From an uncultured Alphaproteobacteria bacterium (lineage in GTDB: Bacteria > Pseudomonadota > Alphaproteobacteria > Acetobacterales > Acetobacteraceae), in the NCBI GenBank assembly GCA_963758415.1, contig CAVWVL010000003.1, positions 42,022 through 106,021 on the forward strand: a DNA stretch of 64,000 bases, read 5' to 3'. Positions 48,792 through 58,347 of this stretch are shown here, one piece after another. How positions within the stretch are numbered: position 1 is the first letter of the stretch; the number at the start of each line of letters is the position of its first letter. Under the pieces are notes generated by a model, which saw nothing but the letters and a program-made list of their open reading frames with translations, ran no database searches and was not told where the DNA came from. Both the position numbers and the translations under genes were made by a program.

Positions 48792-50534
48792 CTACAGCGC
48801 GAAAACGTACAACATCGACGTGTTCTGCACGTCCTTATAGCCAGGCGTCTTATTCAACATATCCCGCGCGGGAACATTCCCCCCAATCAATACGGCAACA
48901 TATTGTTTGCCGTTTACTGAGTAAGTCATTGGTGGCGCCGAGCCAAGTGAGCCAGCATTGAAGGTCCATAGCGGCTTCAGCGTCACATCGTCCAAGGCGT
49001 AAACAGTGCCGTCGACAGTCGTGGTAAACACCAGGCCACCGGCTGTGGAGGTCACACCGGAATAAACTGCTCGCCGTAACGTCTGCTGCACGGATTTCTT
49101 TCCGGTCGCGGGGTCCAAGGCCGTCACGCTTCCCTTGACCTCTTCAGCGTTCGCCGCGGCGCCGCCGAGCCAGAAGTAGCCACTGGCGTCGTTCGACGGA
49201 TCGACGGTGATATTCGAGCAGCCTTCGATGCCTCCGCCGTAAGAAAGATGAGTGCGGGCACTATAGGTGGTCGGGAAAAAGTTAACACCGCCCTGAATGT
49301 TCGGGCACCCTTCGAGCTTACCTTGTTCCCGTCTGGACGCCTTGCCGATCTTGTACGTTTGCAGATCCTTGTTGGGGTTATACTCGACCGGCTTGCCAGT
49401 CTTCGGGTCAATTCCGTCCGTCCAGTTGACCTTCTCGGCATATTGCTGGCCCGAGATGAACTGTCCGTTGGTGCGGTCCAGCGTGTAGAAGAACCCATTG
49501 CGACCGAAATGAGCGACGACTTTCCGATCCTCGCCGTTCAACTTGGTGTCGACTAGTTGCTGAATGCCGATTTCATCATAGTCCAGGAAGTCACCGGGCG
49601 TATACTGGAAGTACCATTTCATCTTGCCGCTGTCGATGTCAAAGGCAACGGTGGAATTGGTGAACAGATTGTCGCCAGGGCGGTATTCCGGATCATACAT
49701 GGGAACCGGCTGTCCAGTTCCCCATATCGTTAGCTTGGTGACCGGATCGTAGGAGCCGGTCTGCCAGAAGGAACCACCGCCATGCTTCCATGCCTCCGTA
49801 TTGCCCTTCCAGGTGTCGCCACCTGGCTCCCCGGGGGCCGGTATCGAGTAGGTTCGCCACAAATGCTCGCCAGTGTCGACGTTGAAGGCGTCGATATGGG
49901 CGCGGGCGCCACGGTCACCGCCCGAACCGCCGACGATCAGCTTGTCATCGACGACGAGAGGCGCCGCCGTCAATGAGGAATAGGATGTCGCGGGATCGTC
50001 GAACTGAACTGTCTTGACCAGTTCACCGGTATCGGCCTTAGTCCAAAGAATCTTATCGTCAGCAGTTACCGAAATTACGAAGTTCTTGTACAGAGCCACG
50101 CCGCGGTTCGAAGGTATCCACACGTCGGCCTTGTTTGTTCCTGGATCCATCAGCCAGGTGATCCGGGCATCCGACGGATCGCGCACGTCAATTCTGTAGA
50201 CCGCGCCGAAGCCGTCAACTACGTACATGAAGCCATCATTGACCAGGGGCGTGCTTTGATGGCCACCCAGAGCCATGAGCCCGACCCCGTTCACACCCCC
50301 AAGCGCCACGGTGAACGCCACGCGAAGGTTCTTCACATTGTCCTTGTTGATCTGGTCAAGTTCCGAATAGCGATGCGAAGAGTAGTCTTTGTTCACCATC
50401 AGCCAGTTCTGCGGCTCCTTGTCGGGGTTCGACAGCCGCTGCGGCGTAACATCCGCGGCCAGTGCCGACAGGGATGTTGCAGCGAGTATCGTGGTCGCCA
50501 GAAGGGCGGCACGCGAAACCATTGTACCACGCAT
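48792..50534 (-). CDS. PQQ-dependent dehydrogenase (methanol/ethanol family fold, atypical active site)
   Basis: Signal peptide; W-docking repeats; NRGVA, TPGDFLDYD, GRNGFFY.LDRT.G, PMTYSVNGKQYVAV. Confidence 0.92.
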   Translation of the reverse strand: MRGTMVSRAALLATTILAATSLSALAADVTPQRLSNPDKEPQNWLMVNKDYSSHRYSELDQINKDNVKNLRVAFTVALGGVNGVGLMALGGHQSTPLVNDGFMYVVDGFGAVYRIDVRDPSDARITWLMDPGTNKADVWIPSNRGVALYKNFVISVTADDKILWTKADTGELVKTVQFDDPATSYSSLTAAPLVVDDKLIVGGSGGDRGARAHIDAFNVDTGEHLWRTYSIPAPGEPGGDTWKGNTEAWKHGGGSFWQTGSYDPVTKLTIWGTGQPVPMYDPEYRPGDNLFTNSTVAFDIDSGKMKWYFQYTPGDFLDYDEIGIQQLVDTKLNGEDRKVVAHFGRNGFFYTLDRTNGQFISGQQYAEKVNWTDGIDPKTGKPVEYNPNKDLQTYKIGKASRREQGKLEGCPNIQGGVNFFPTTYSARTHLSYGGGIEGCSNITVDPSNDASGYFWLGGAAANAEEVKGSVTALDPATGKKSVQQTLRRAVYSGVTSTAGGLVFTTTVDGTVYALDDVTLKPLWTFNAGSLGSAPPMTYSVNGKQYVAVLIGGNVPARDMLNKTPGYKDVQNTSMLYVFAL

Positions 50535-51016
50535 AATTTTCCTCCCGTTTCTTGCTTCGAGCTCATTGAACCGAGCCTGATACTTTCGGGACTTGCTGAA
50601 CCTTTCGCGCCTGCGTGCTCTTGCTCGGTTCAATCCGACATGTCTGCTGACGCACGCGCAGCGAACAGGCGCACGGACAACAAGTTCGTTGATCTCGTAA
50701 CACAGGCTCGCCGCGAGATCACATTCCGAGTGTTCTTTTTACTTTTGCGGATGTCAAGAGCCACCAGCTCGGCCGTGGCTCCGCCTAGCGACATTGGCTG
50801 CTGTTTGCGCAGCCCGCCGCCTCGCGCGCGAGTCTTTCGGGCCGTACCGGCAATGCAACGGGCCATCCCCGCGTGGCGCATGGCGGGCAAACTCGCAGGC
50901 CCACACCTCCTCGAAAGGCGCCGATCTGTTCGGAATATTCTTTGTTACCTGATTGCCATCAGTCGCGCTGGTACCGGCCGGAACACCGCGGGGAAAAGCC
51001 CAGCGCCTGGCTGAAC

Positions 51017-51454
51017 TCAACCCATCGGAAGCGGTGTGCCATCAAGTTGTTCGGCCCGCTCCACTTCGATCAGCACCGCAAAACCCTTCTTATCGGGGTC
51101 TCGATCCTTCTCCGGTTGGATGAGCCGCGTCCAGACCTCCTCGTAGACCGCTCCCGACTTAAAAATTCGCGCCGAGCCATAGAAGCGGGCGATGCCGCCT
51201 TTCGGAAGGACACCGTCGACGCGAAGCTGCGGTTTGCGAAAGTAAACCGTAACCTTTGTGCCGTCGGTGAGGTTCTCGGTCGTCGAGCCTTTCCCGCGTT
51301 CCCACAAGGAGAAATGCCCATCGTCGAACACCTGCGTGCTACCCCGCGGCGTCACTTGCGCATAGCCGCTCGGCAGCATCGTCGCGATCAGGCAAACATC
51401 ATTGGGGAACGCGGAATTGATGTGCGGTTGAAGAACCTTCGGGATTCCCGGCAT
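51017..51454 (-). CDS. Pyridoxamine 5'-phosphate oxidase-like (split-barrel) protein
   Basis: CLIAT...G.AQVTPRGS, T.ENL....KVTVYF, RFYG.A. Confidence 0.75.
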   Translation of the reverse strand: MPGIPKVLQPHINSAFPNDVCLIATMLPSGYAQVTPRGSTQVFDDGHFSLWERGKGSTTENLTDGTKVTVYFRKPQLRVDGVLPKGGIARFYGSARIFKSGAVYEEVWTRLIQPEKDRDPDKKGFAVLIEVERAEQLDGTPLPMG

Positions 51455-51544
51455 GTGGAGGTCCGCCTTTCCTGGTGAAGTGTGAGGGTCGCATAAATCG
51501 CCCGGACTTCAAACACCGCGAGCAACCTGTCCTCGCGCCCGTGC

Positions 51545-51802
51545 TCAGATCATAAAGAGCCGGAGGATCGAGAATGCCATCAACGCCAGACCAACCAGTC
51601 CAAAGCCGATCGCGCCGTACTCTGGCAACATCGTCAGGAGCCCTAGAACCAGATATGCCCCAGTTATAGCCACAGTGGCGATAGCCATGAGGAAGCTCAG
51701 GCGCAGTTTCGAACGTGCGCCCTCCTTGAAATAGAAACGCGCTATGAACAACAGGAAGGCACAAAGGAACGGCACAAGAATGAAGGTGGTCGTGTTTGAC
51801 AT
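51545..51802 (-). CDS. Small membrane protein (about 3 TM)
   Basis: 85 aa, three hydrophobic segments. Confidence 0.55.
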   Translation of the reverse strand: MSNTTTFILVPFLCAFLLFIARFYFKEGARSKLRLSFLMAIATVAITGAYLVLGLLTMLPEYGAIGFGLVGLALMAFSILRLFMI

Positions 51803-52026
51803 CACTAGAGTTCGACCCTGACTGCGCAACAAATCGCCGTGCTAGGTATCGCACCGGCAGCGTGCGCCTTCGCTCAATCTTTCGTGAACAGACCCGCGGC
51901 ACTTCCTTCACCCGCCCGACGTTTTGTTTCAGATCGTTTCACCAGCAGCAACGATGAAGCGCTGGGGCTCCCGCCCGGCGGACCGGACGGCGGCTTCACC
52001 CAGCGCCTCACGCGACGAGCTGCTGG

Positions 52027-52719
52027 CTAGAATTTTTCCACCCAGGGACGCAATTCAACCTCCCATGTCCAGGCGCTACGCGACTGATTGGCGACGTGCC
52101 AGTAAGTCTCGGCAATCGCGTCTGGATCGAGGGTGCTGTCGGGGTTCTCGTTGGGATCAGGCCGGTTTGCACTGCGAATGCCGCCGTCGATAACGAAATG
52201 AGCGACATGCACGCCCTTCGGCGACAGCTCGCGAGCCAGACTTTGCGCCAGTCCGCGCAAGGCGAACTTGCCCATCGCGAAGGCGGAGGAATTCGGATAG
52301 CCCTTCACGCTGGCGGACGCCCCGGTCAGCAGGATCACTCCCGAGCCCCGTGCCACCATGTGCCGCGCCGCCTGCTGTGCCACCAGGAAGCCGCCGTAGC
52401 CGCTGACTGAAATTGCCTGGGCGAACTTGACCGGATCGAGGTCGGTCACCGGTCCGTGCGCGCGGGCGCTGGCGTTATAAACCACAATATCCGGCACCCC
52501 CTGCGTGGCGATCACCACGTCGAACAGAGCGGCAACCTCCTCGGGTTCGGTGCTGTCACAGGCGAATGTGACCCCGGCGGTCTCTTCCGCAAGCTTTTTC
52601 AGCTTGTCCGGGTTGCGGGCGGCCATCGCCACCTGTAGGCCGTTCTTGGCGAACAGCCGAGCGAGCGAGGCGCTGAGACCGGGGCCGACACCGACGATCA
52701 GTGCGGTTTTGAGTTCCAT
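52027..52719 (-). CDS. Short-chain dehydrogenase/reductase
   Basis: ALIVGVGPGLS, VYNAS, TGASAS, FAMGKFALRGLAQ. Confidence 0.9.
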   Translation of the reverse strand: MELKTALIVGVGPGLSASLARLFAKNGLQVAMAARNPDKLKKLAEETAGVTFACDSTEPEEVAALFDVVIATQGVPDIVVYNASARAHGPVTDLDPVKFAQAISVSGYGGFLVAQQAARHMVARGSGVILLTGASASVKGYPNSSAFAMGKFALRGLAQSLARELSPKGVHVAHFVIDGGIRSANRPDPNENPDSTLDPDAIAETYWHVANQSRSAWTWEVELRPWVEKF

Positions 52720-52820
52720 GAGCGTTCTCCGGGTTATGACGCTCGTAATATAGGATGCCCTGGCGAAATGCCGCCACCTCCAGCGGAGATTATCGTCCTG
52801 GCGGACTTTCGCATCGGCGT

Positions 52821-54326
52821 CTAGCCGCGCTGTGGCACGTTTAGGTTGACAGTGACATTCTTCCTTTGGGTGAAGCTGTCGAGCATTCCCTCCAGGGAGA
52901 ACTCCCGCCCGATGCCGCTCTGCTTGTAGCCACCGTACGAGTGCCCGGGCTGTTGCCCCAGGCCCTGATTGACCTGCACCCAGCCAGATTCGATCGCGTG
53001 CGCGGCACGCAGGGCGCTGCCGATTTCGCGCGTCCACACATAGGCGGCGAGACCGTAATGACTGTCGTTGGCCATTCGAATCGACTCCGCCTCGTCACGC
53101 CAGGGAATCGCCACCAGCACCGGCCCGAAGATCTCCTCGCGCGCCAAACGCCAGTCGTTGGAGGTGTCGGCGAAAACGGTGGGGATCGCGAAGTAACCTT
53201 CGCTCAAGGGTCCCTCCGTCGGCGGCAGGCCGCCGAACACCAGGCGTGCATCCTTTCGTTTCAGTCCCTCATCGACGTAGCCACAGACTTTGCGAAACTG
53301 CTTCTCGTTGATGATGCTGCCGATGTCGCTGGCCTCGTCCAGTGGATCGCCGAGCGTCAGCGCCCGGGTCTTCCGGCTGAGCTTTTCGAGGAAACTGTCG
53401 AAGATATCGGCGTGCAGGAACAGCCGGGAGCCAGCCGTGCAGGACTGACTTTGGCGGGTAAAGCGCATGCCGGCGATGACACCGTCCACGACCCAGTCCT
53501 CATCCACATCGGGATAGACGATCGAGGGGCTTTTGCCGCCGAGTTCGAGTGACACCGGCACGATGCGATCGGCCGCGGCGCGCATGATGATCTTGCCCAC
53601 CTCGGTTGACCCGGTGAACGACAGCTTCCGAATGGCCGGGTGCCGCGCCAGCGGTCCGCCGCACTCTTCGCCAGTCCCAGTCAGCACGTTCAGCACGCCG
53701 GGGGGAAGCACTTGCTGGCAGATTTCGGCCATCAGCAATACGCCGAGCGGAGCGTCCTCGGCGGTTTTCAGCACCATGGTGTTGCCGGCGCACAGTGCGG
53801 GCGCGATCTTCAGTGCCGCCAGCAGAACCGGCGCGTTCCATGGAATGATGGCCCCGACTACACCCAGCGGCTCGCGCCTGGTGTAGCTGAGAACCTGTTC
53901 GCCCAGCGGTATCGTTTCGCCTTTCAGTTCGCCGGCCAGGCCGCCGAAATAGCGGAAGATATCGGCGGAAAGCGTTGCCTCCGGGCGAGCCTGGGTGCGC
54001 AGCGCGTTGCCCGTCTCCTCAGCGATGACGCGGGCTAGTTCTTCGATACGCGCCTCCAGCACCTCGGCGATGCGCAGCAGCATTCGGCCGCGCTGCCGCG
54101 GGGGCACCTTTTTCCAGTCCGGAAACGCGCTCTCGGCGGCCTTGGCAGCGCGATCGACATCCTCTGCGGCGCCACGCGGGATCGATGCGATCGTTCTGCG
54201 TTTCGCCGGATTCTCCACCGCGAGCACGGCGCCCGAGGCGCTGTCGACCCATGCCCCGTTTATCAACATCCGGGCATGGCGGTGCTCGCCGGTGCCGATG
54301 GGACGCGTGAGTTCAGTTGTCGACAT
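52821..54326 (-). CDS. NAD-dependent aldehyde dehydrogenase
   Basis: IIPWNAP, SFTGSTEVG, LELGGKSP, QSCTAGSR, EEIFGPV. Confidence 0.95.
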   Translation of the reverse strand: MSTTELTRPIGTGEHRHARMLINGAWVDSASGAVLAVENPAKRRTIASIPRGAAEDVDRAAKAAESAFPDWKKVPPRQRGRMLLRIAEVLEARIEELARVIAEETGNALRTQARPEATLSADIFRYFGGLAGELKGETIPLGEQVLSYTRREPLGVVGAIIPWNAPVLLAALKIAPALCAGNTMVLKTAEDAPLGVLLMAEICQQVLPPGVLNVLTGTGEECGGPLARHPAIRKLSFTGSTEVGKIIMRAAADRIVPVSLELGGKSPSIVYPDVDEDWVVDGVIAGMRFTRQSQSCTAGSRLFLHADIFDSFLEKLSRKTRALTLGDPLDEASDIGSIINEKQFRKVCGYVDEGLKRKDARLVFGGLPPTEGPLSEGYFAIPTVFADTSNDWRLAREEIFGPVLVAIPWRDEAESIRMANDSHYGLAAYVWTREIGSALRAAHAIESGWVQVNQGLGQQPGHSYGGYKQSGIGREFSLEGMLDSFTQRKNVTVNLNVPQRG

Positions 54327-54492
54327 GTGTTGAATTCTCCTTGGGCACCGATCCTCGCGTGCCGTGTGAGATGTTGCCACCGATATAGCGACCGGGCGCA
54401 GCAGGGTCCAGACAAGCGGAACTCAGAATGGCGGCGCCGGTTGCGCAGTGTGATGGCTTCGAACCAACCGGCCGGGCTGGACAGTAAACTGC

Positions 54493-54863
54493 TTAATGAA
54501 CTGTTTTCACCGGAAGTGGCCCGGCGTTTCCGTAAGTCGCGATCGTTGCCATTCCCTCAAGCTGCCATGGCTTGGTGGTGAACGACACCGCAATCCCTTC
54601 CGGCGTGCGCAGTGTCAAAACCAGCTCCTGACCGTTTCCGGCCCGATCCATGCTCCAGCTATCCACGGATGCACGGTGCCGCTTTCGACTTGCGGTGGCA
54701 TGGCGTTTCGCATGGAGTTCAGCCAGTCGCCCGGCAGCGACAGATTTACGATCCGGCCAGCGTGGTCGCGCAGCCGAAGCCGCAAGCTGATCAGGTCGGT
54801 GGCAATAAGCTCCAGCGTGATCAGACAACCCAGCGTGATCAGACAACATCATGGTCCTCAACA
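54493..54863 (-). CDS. Hypothetical protein (start uncertain)
   Basis: The C-terminal part (VDSWSMDR...LVLTLRTPEGIAVSF) looks globular; the N-terminus is low confidence. Confidence 0.4.
54812..54847. repeat. 18-bp tandem duplication (CCAGCGTGATCAGACAAC x2)
   Basis: Read directly; gives LSDHAG twice on the minus strand. Confidence 0.9.
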
Positions 54864-54926
54864 TCGGATCGTGATATCCAATAGGATATAACGAACGAGT
54901 GCAACCTGTTTCCCGGCGCCCCCAGA

Positions 54927-55631
54927 CTATCGCGGGCGCTCTGTTCGGCCGAGCATGACGTTCAGTCTTTTGCCGATCCATTCCGACAGCAGCAATCCCA
55001 CCAAAGCCAGCGTCAGCGAGACCACCGACAGTTCGGCCGCTTTTGCCTCTCCCCCAGGTACCTGAAGCGCGGAGTAGATCGCCAGTGGCAGCGTCTGGGT
55101 CTGGCCGGGAATGTTGGCGGCGAAGGTGATCACCGCGCCGAACTCACCGAGACACGTCGCGTAGGCAACAATGCCGCCCACCAGGATGCCAGGCGATGCC
55201 AGCGGCAGGGTAATGTTGCACAGCCGGTCCAGCCGGCCGGCCCCGAGGGTGCGCGCCGCCTGTTCCAGACCCGGATCGACCGCATCCAAGGACAGCCGCA
55301 CCGACCTCACCATGATCGGAAAGGTCATTACGGCGCAGGCAAGACTTGCTCCTGCGGTGGTGAACACCAGGCGAATTCCGAACCAGTGCTCGAGGATCGC
55401 GCCGACCGGTCCGCGGACACCGAACACGATCAGCAACAGCCAGCCGGTGACCACGGGCGGCAATACCATCGGCAGATGAACAAGGGCGTTCAGCAGAGGC
55501 CGGCCGGGAAAGCGATAACGCGCCAGCAGCCACGCCATCAGGACCGCGACAGGCAACCCGAAACCAACCGCACGCGCCGCGACCGACAATGTGAGCCAGA
55601 CGGCCTGCCATTCTTCCGAAGTGAGGGTCAG
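54927..55631 (-). CDS. modB: Molybdate ABC transporter permease
   Basis: LVHLPMVLPPVVTG, LEQAARTLGA, LGEFGA, TQTLPLAIY; the homologous N-terminus LTLTSEEWQAVWLTL begins at CTG 55631. Confidence 0.92.
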   Translation of the reverse strand: MTLTSEEWQAVWLTLSVAARAVGFGLPVAVLMAWLLARYRFPGRPLLNALVHLPMVLPPVVTGWLLLIVFGVRGPVGAILEHWFGIRLVFTTAGASLACAVMTFPIMVRSVRLSLDAVDPGLEQAARTLGAGRLDRLCNITLPLASPGILVGGIVAYATCLGEFGAVITFAANIPGQTQTLPLAIYSALQVPGGEAKAAELSVVSLTLALVGLLLSEWIGKRLNVMLGRTERPR

Positions 55632-56396
55632 CTATTCCACCTTGAAGCCACGCCGCGCAAACGTTGAACGCGCCTCCGGGCCTGCGAGGAACGCCAGCAG
55701 GGCGCGGGCTTCGGGCGTATCGCCGGACCTGGTCACGGCGAACGGATATGAAATCGGATCGTGGCTGTCGGCCGGGAAAATTCCAGCGACCATCACGGCT
55801 TTTGATACCGCCGCATCGGTTCCGTAAACGATACCGGCCGGAGCCTCGCCGCGTTCCACCAGCAACAGGCCCGACCTGACATCGTCAGTCCGTGCCAGTC
55901 TGGAGCTGACGCTATTCCAGAGCCCTAGTTTCTTCAGCGCCTGCTCAGCGTAAATACCAACCGGCACATGCGCGGGATCACCCACCGCCAGCCTGCCCGT
56001 CGGCCCAAGCAGAGCTGACAGGTCGAAGCTGGGTCCGATTGTGACGTGCTCAGGCTTGTCCGCCGGTACCACCAGGACAAGATCGTTACCGAGCAAATCC
56101 TTGCGGGTTTCGTTGGCGATCAGCTTCTTGTCGACGAGGTAGTTCATCCATTTCTCGTCGGCGGACGCGAAGACGTTGACCGGGGCACTCTGCTCGATCT
56201 GCCGCGCCAGTGTCGAGCTTGAGCCAAACGACATCCGAAGCGGTTGATGACCCGCTGCCACCCACTGGCCCGAAACATCCTTCATCGCGTCCGTCAGGCT
56301 GGCGGCGGCAAAGACCGTCAGTTCCTGCGCTCGTGACGCCAGCGGCACGAGCAGGACGCACAGCAGCAGCAGGACACGCATAAATCGAACTCTCAT
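55632..56396 (-). CDS. modA: Molybdate ABC transporter substrate-binding protein
   Basis: VFAAASL, FGSSSTLARQI, FASAD, LLGNDLVL, GDPAHVPVG.YA, GIVYGTDA. Confidence 0.95.
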   Translation of the reverse strand: MRVRFMRVLLLLCVLLVPLASRAQELTVFAAASLTDAMKDVSGQWVAAGHQPLRMSFGSSSTLARQIEQSAPVNVFASADEKWMNYLVDKKLIANETRKDLLGNDLVLVVPADKPEHVTIGPSFDLSALLGPTGRLAVGDPAHVPVGIYAEQALKKLGLWNSVSSRLARTDDVRSGLLLVERGEAPAGIVYGTDAAVSKAVMVAGIFPADSHDPISYPFAVTRSGDTPEARALLAFLAGPEARSTFARRGFKVE

Positions 56397-57361
56397 GGGG
56401 AGCGGACACCGGCGAGTACGCCGTCGAGTTCCGCCGGTGTCAGGGTGTGCCCGTACATCACCGCATTCGCCAGCGACGCAAGGGTCACAGGGTCACTGCC
56501 ACGCAGCCAGGTGAGACCGATCAGCCGGTTGATCGACGGAGGTTCCTCAACCCAGCCGAACGGCAATGCGGGAGCGACGAAAGCGTGCCCCTCCCGCACC
56601 GCGCGCACCGCTTGCCAGGCCTCGGAGTGTCCGAGCGCCGCGCGCATGGCGGGGTCGGAGAAGATCAGGAGGTCTGGATCGAGTTGCTTGATCGCGTTGA
56701 TGGTCGCCGGACGGAAGGTGCCCTGTCCTTCGGGGGCGACAGCTTCCCAGCCAAGGCGGCTGAATACCTCGGTGACATCGGTATTCGGCGCAGCGATCAC
56801 TAAACCATCCGGCCCGCGGGCGTAGACGACGCGCGGATGAGCGCTCGGTGTGGGCAGCGCCAGCAGCGCCTCCGCGAACCGCGCCAGCGTTTCCGCCCGG
56901 TCCTCGCGATGCAGGATGCCGCCGAGCGTCCTGAGAACCTCGGGGATTTTTGTCATCGATCCATCCAGTAGGATGGTAGGAACGCCGGTTCTCTGCTGTG
57001 TCGTCTGCGCCGTCTCGACATATCGTGGCGATACCGTCCCGTAGTCGATGATAAGGTCTGGCTCGAGCGCCTTGATCTTAGCGGAAACATCGTCCCGGCC
57101 GGTCAGCCTGGGGATTTGCGGCCGTTTCGCCGCCTCCGGGGACAGGAGCGCTCGCGCGGCGTCCGACACCGGCGACGGCCATCCAATCATCAGATCGGGC
57201 GCCACCGCTTCCAGGAGAACCGCCGCGGGCGGCCCGGCGGGGACGACATGGGCGATGTGGTCGGGAATCTGGACCGTTCGGCCTGTCGCGTCGATGACCT
57301 CGGCCGCCGTCGCGACCGCGGACCAGATCAACGCCCCAATCAGGATTACGCGACCGAGCAT
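56393..57361 (-). CDS. Class III (BtuF/FepB-fold) ABC substrate-binding protein
   Basis: VIDATGRTVQIP...VVPAGP, LEPDLII, LDPDLLI, P..PFGW...PPSINR; ATGA overlap with modA. Confidence 0.82.
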   Translation of the reverse strand: MLGRVILIGALIWSAVATAAEVIDATGRTVQIPDHIAHVVPAGPPAAVLLEAVAPDLMIGWPSPVSDAARALLSPEAAKRPQIPRLTGRDDVSAKIKALEPDLIIDYGTVSPRYVETAQTTQQRTGVPTILLDGSMTKIPEVLRTLGGILHREDRAETLARFAEALLALPTPSAHPRVVYARGPDGLVIAAPNTDVTEVFSRLGWEAVAPEGQGTFRPATINAIKQLDPDLLIFSDPAMRAALGHSEAWQAVRAVREGHAFVAPALPFGWVEEPPSINRLIGLTWLRGSDPVTLASLANAVMYGHTLTPAELDGVLAGVRSP

Positions 57362-57492
57362 GCTGTCCTCCTTGCCTCGGTCCGGTATAGTCGGAATGGT
57401 ATAGCGGCAACAACCTCCCCTCGTGCCCCCCTCCAATGCTGGATAGCTCGCGGGCAGGTCGGAGGCGCATCCTTCCGATTCGGTTACAGAAA

Positions 57493-58323
57493 CTAGTCCG
57501 TCCACGAAACGGTGGCGCGCTGCCTCCATCGCCGCGCAGGGCCGCCGGATTGCGCCCCCTTGCCGAAATACAGATCGCGGACTTCCTCTCGGCCCGACAG
57601 GTCATGCGCCTGCCCGTGCAACACCACGCGCCCGGTCTCCACGACACAGGCGTGATGGGCATGACGCAAGGCGGTGGCGGTGTTCTGTTCGGCGATCAGG
57701 AAGCTGATCCCCTCATCGCGGTTTAACTGTTGCACGACGCCGTAAATGTCCTCGACCACACGCGGCGCCAGACCCATCGACGGCTCGTCCAGCAGCATCA
57801 ACCGAGGCCGGCTCATCAATGCTCGGCCGACTGCGGTCATCTGCTGCTCACCACCGGAGACGTAACCGGCGCGGATCCGCCGCTTCGCCTTCAAACTGGG
57901 AAAATAGCTGTAGACGCGCTCCAGCTCCGAAGCCAGCGCGGCACGGCCGGGGCGATGCAGCAGGGCGCCGGTGACCAGATTTTCCTCAACGGTCAGGTGC
58001 GCGAAGCAGTGCCGCCCCTCCAGCACCTGCACCATGCCCCTGCCGACCAGGTCACCCGGCGCGATCCCCGCCGTGGACTGGCCGTCCAGCATGATCCGAC
58101 CCTTCGTCAGTTGCCCGCGTTCGGCGGCGAGCAGGTTGCTCACCGCCTTGAGCGTTGTCGTCTTGCCGGCACCGTTCGGCCCCAGCAGCACGACGATTTC
58201 GCCCTGCCGCACCGCCAGCGACACCCCCCGCAACGCCAGGATGGCGTCGCTGTAGCGGACCTCGATACCGCTCACGACGAGCAACCCTTCGGCCGGGGCC
58301 GCCGCCTCGATATGGCTGTCCAT
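57493..58323 (-). CDS. Liv-type ABC transporter ATP-binding protein (LivF-like)
   Basis: GPNGAGKTT, VSGGEQQM, LLDEPSMGL. Confidence 0.93.
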   Translation of the reverse strand: MDSHIEAAAPAEGLLVVSGIEVRYSDAILALRGVSLAVRQGEIVVLLGPNGAGKTTTLKAVSNLLAAERGQLTKGRIMLDGQSTAGIAPGDLVGRGMVQVLEGRHCFAHLTVEENLVTGALLHRPGRAALASELERVYSYFPSLKAKRRIRAGYVSGGEQQMTAVGRALMSRPRLMLLDEPSMGLAPRVVEDIYGVVQQLNRDEGISFLIAEQNTATALRHAHHACVVETGRVVLHGQAHDLSGREEVRDLYFGKGAQSGGPARRWRQRATVSWTD

Positions 58324-58347
58324 CGACGCCCCCGACCTGGCTCGCCG

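Noticed and set aside
50630-51016. ORFs in the spacer upstream of the PQQ dehydrogenase
   Set aside because: Short, mutually overlapping and motif-less; probably promoter region.
54812-54847. 18-bp tandem duplication as a functional element
   Set aside because: Only two copies in a poorly supported ORF N-terminus; most likely replication slippage.
57362-57492. Possible cobalamin or Moco riboswitch before the class III binding protein
   Set aside because: The spacer is only about 130 nt and I could not identify conserved riboswitch boxes.
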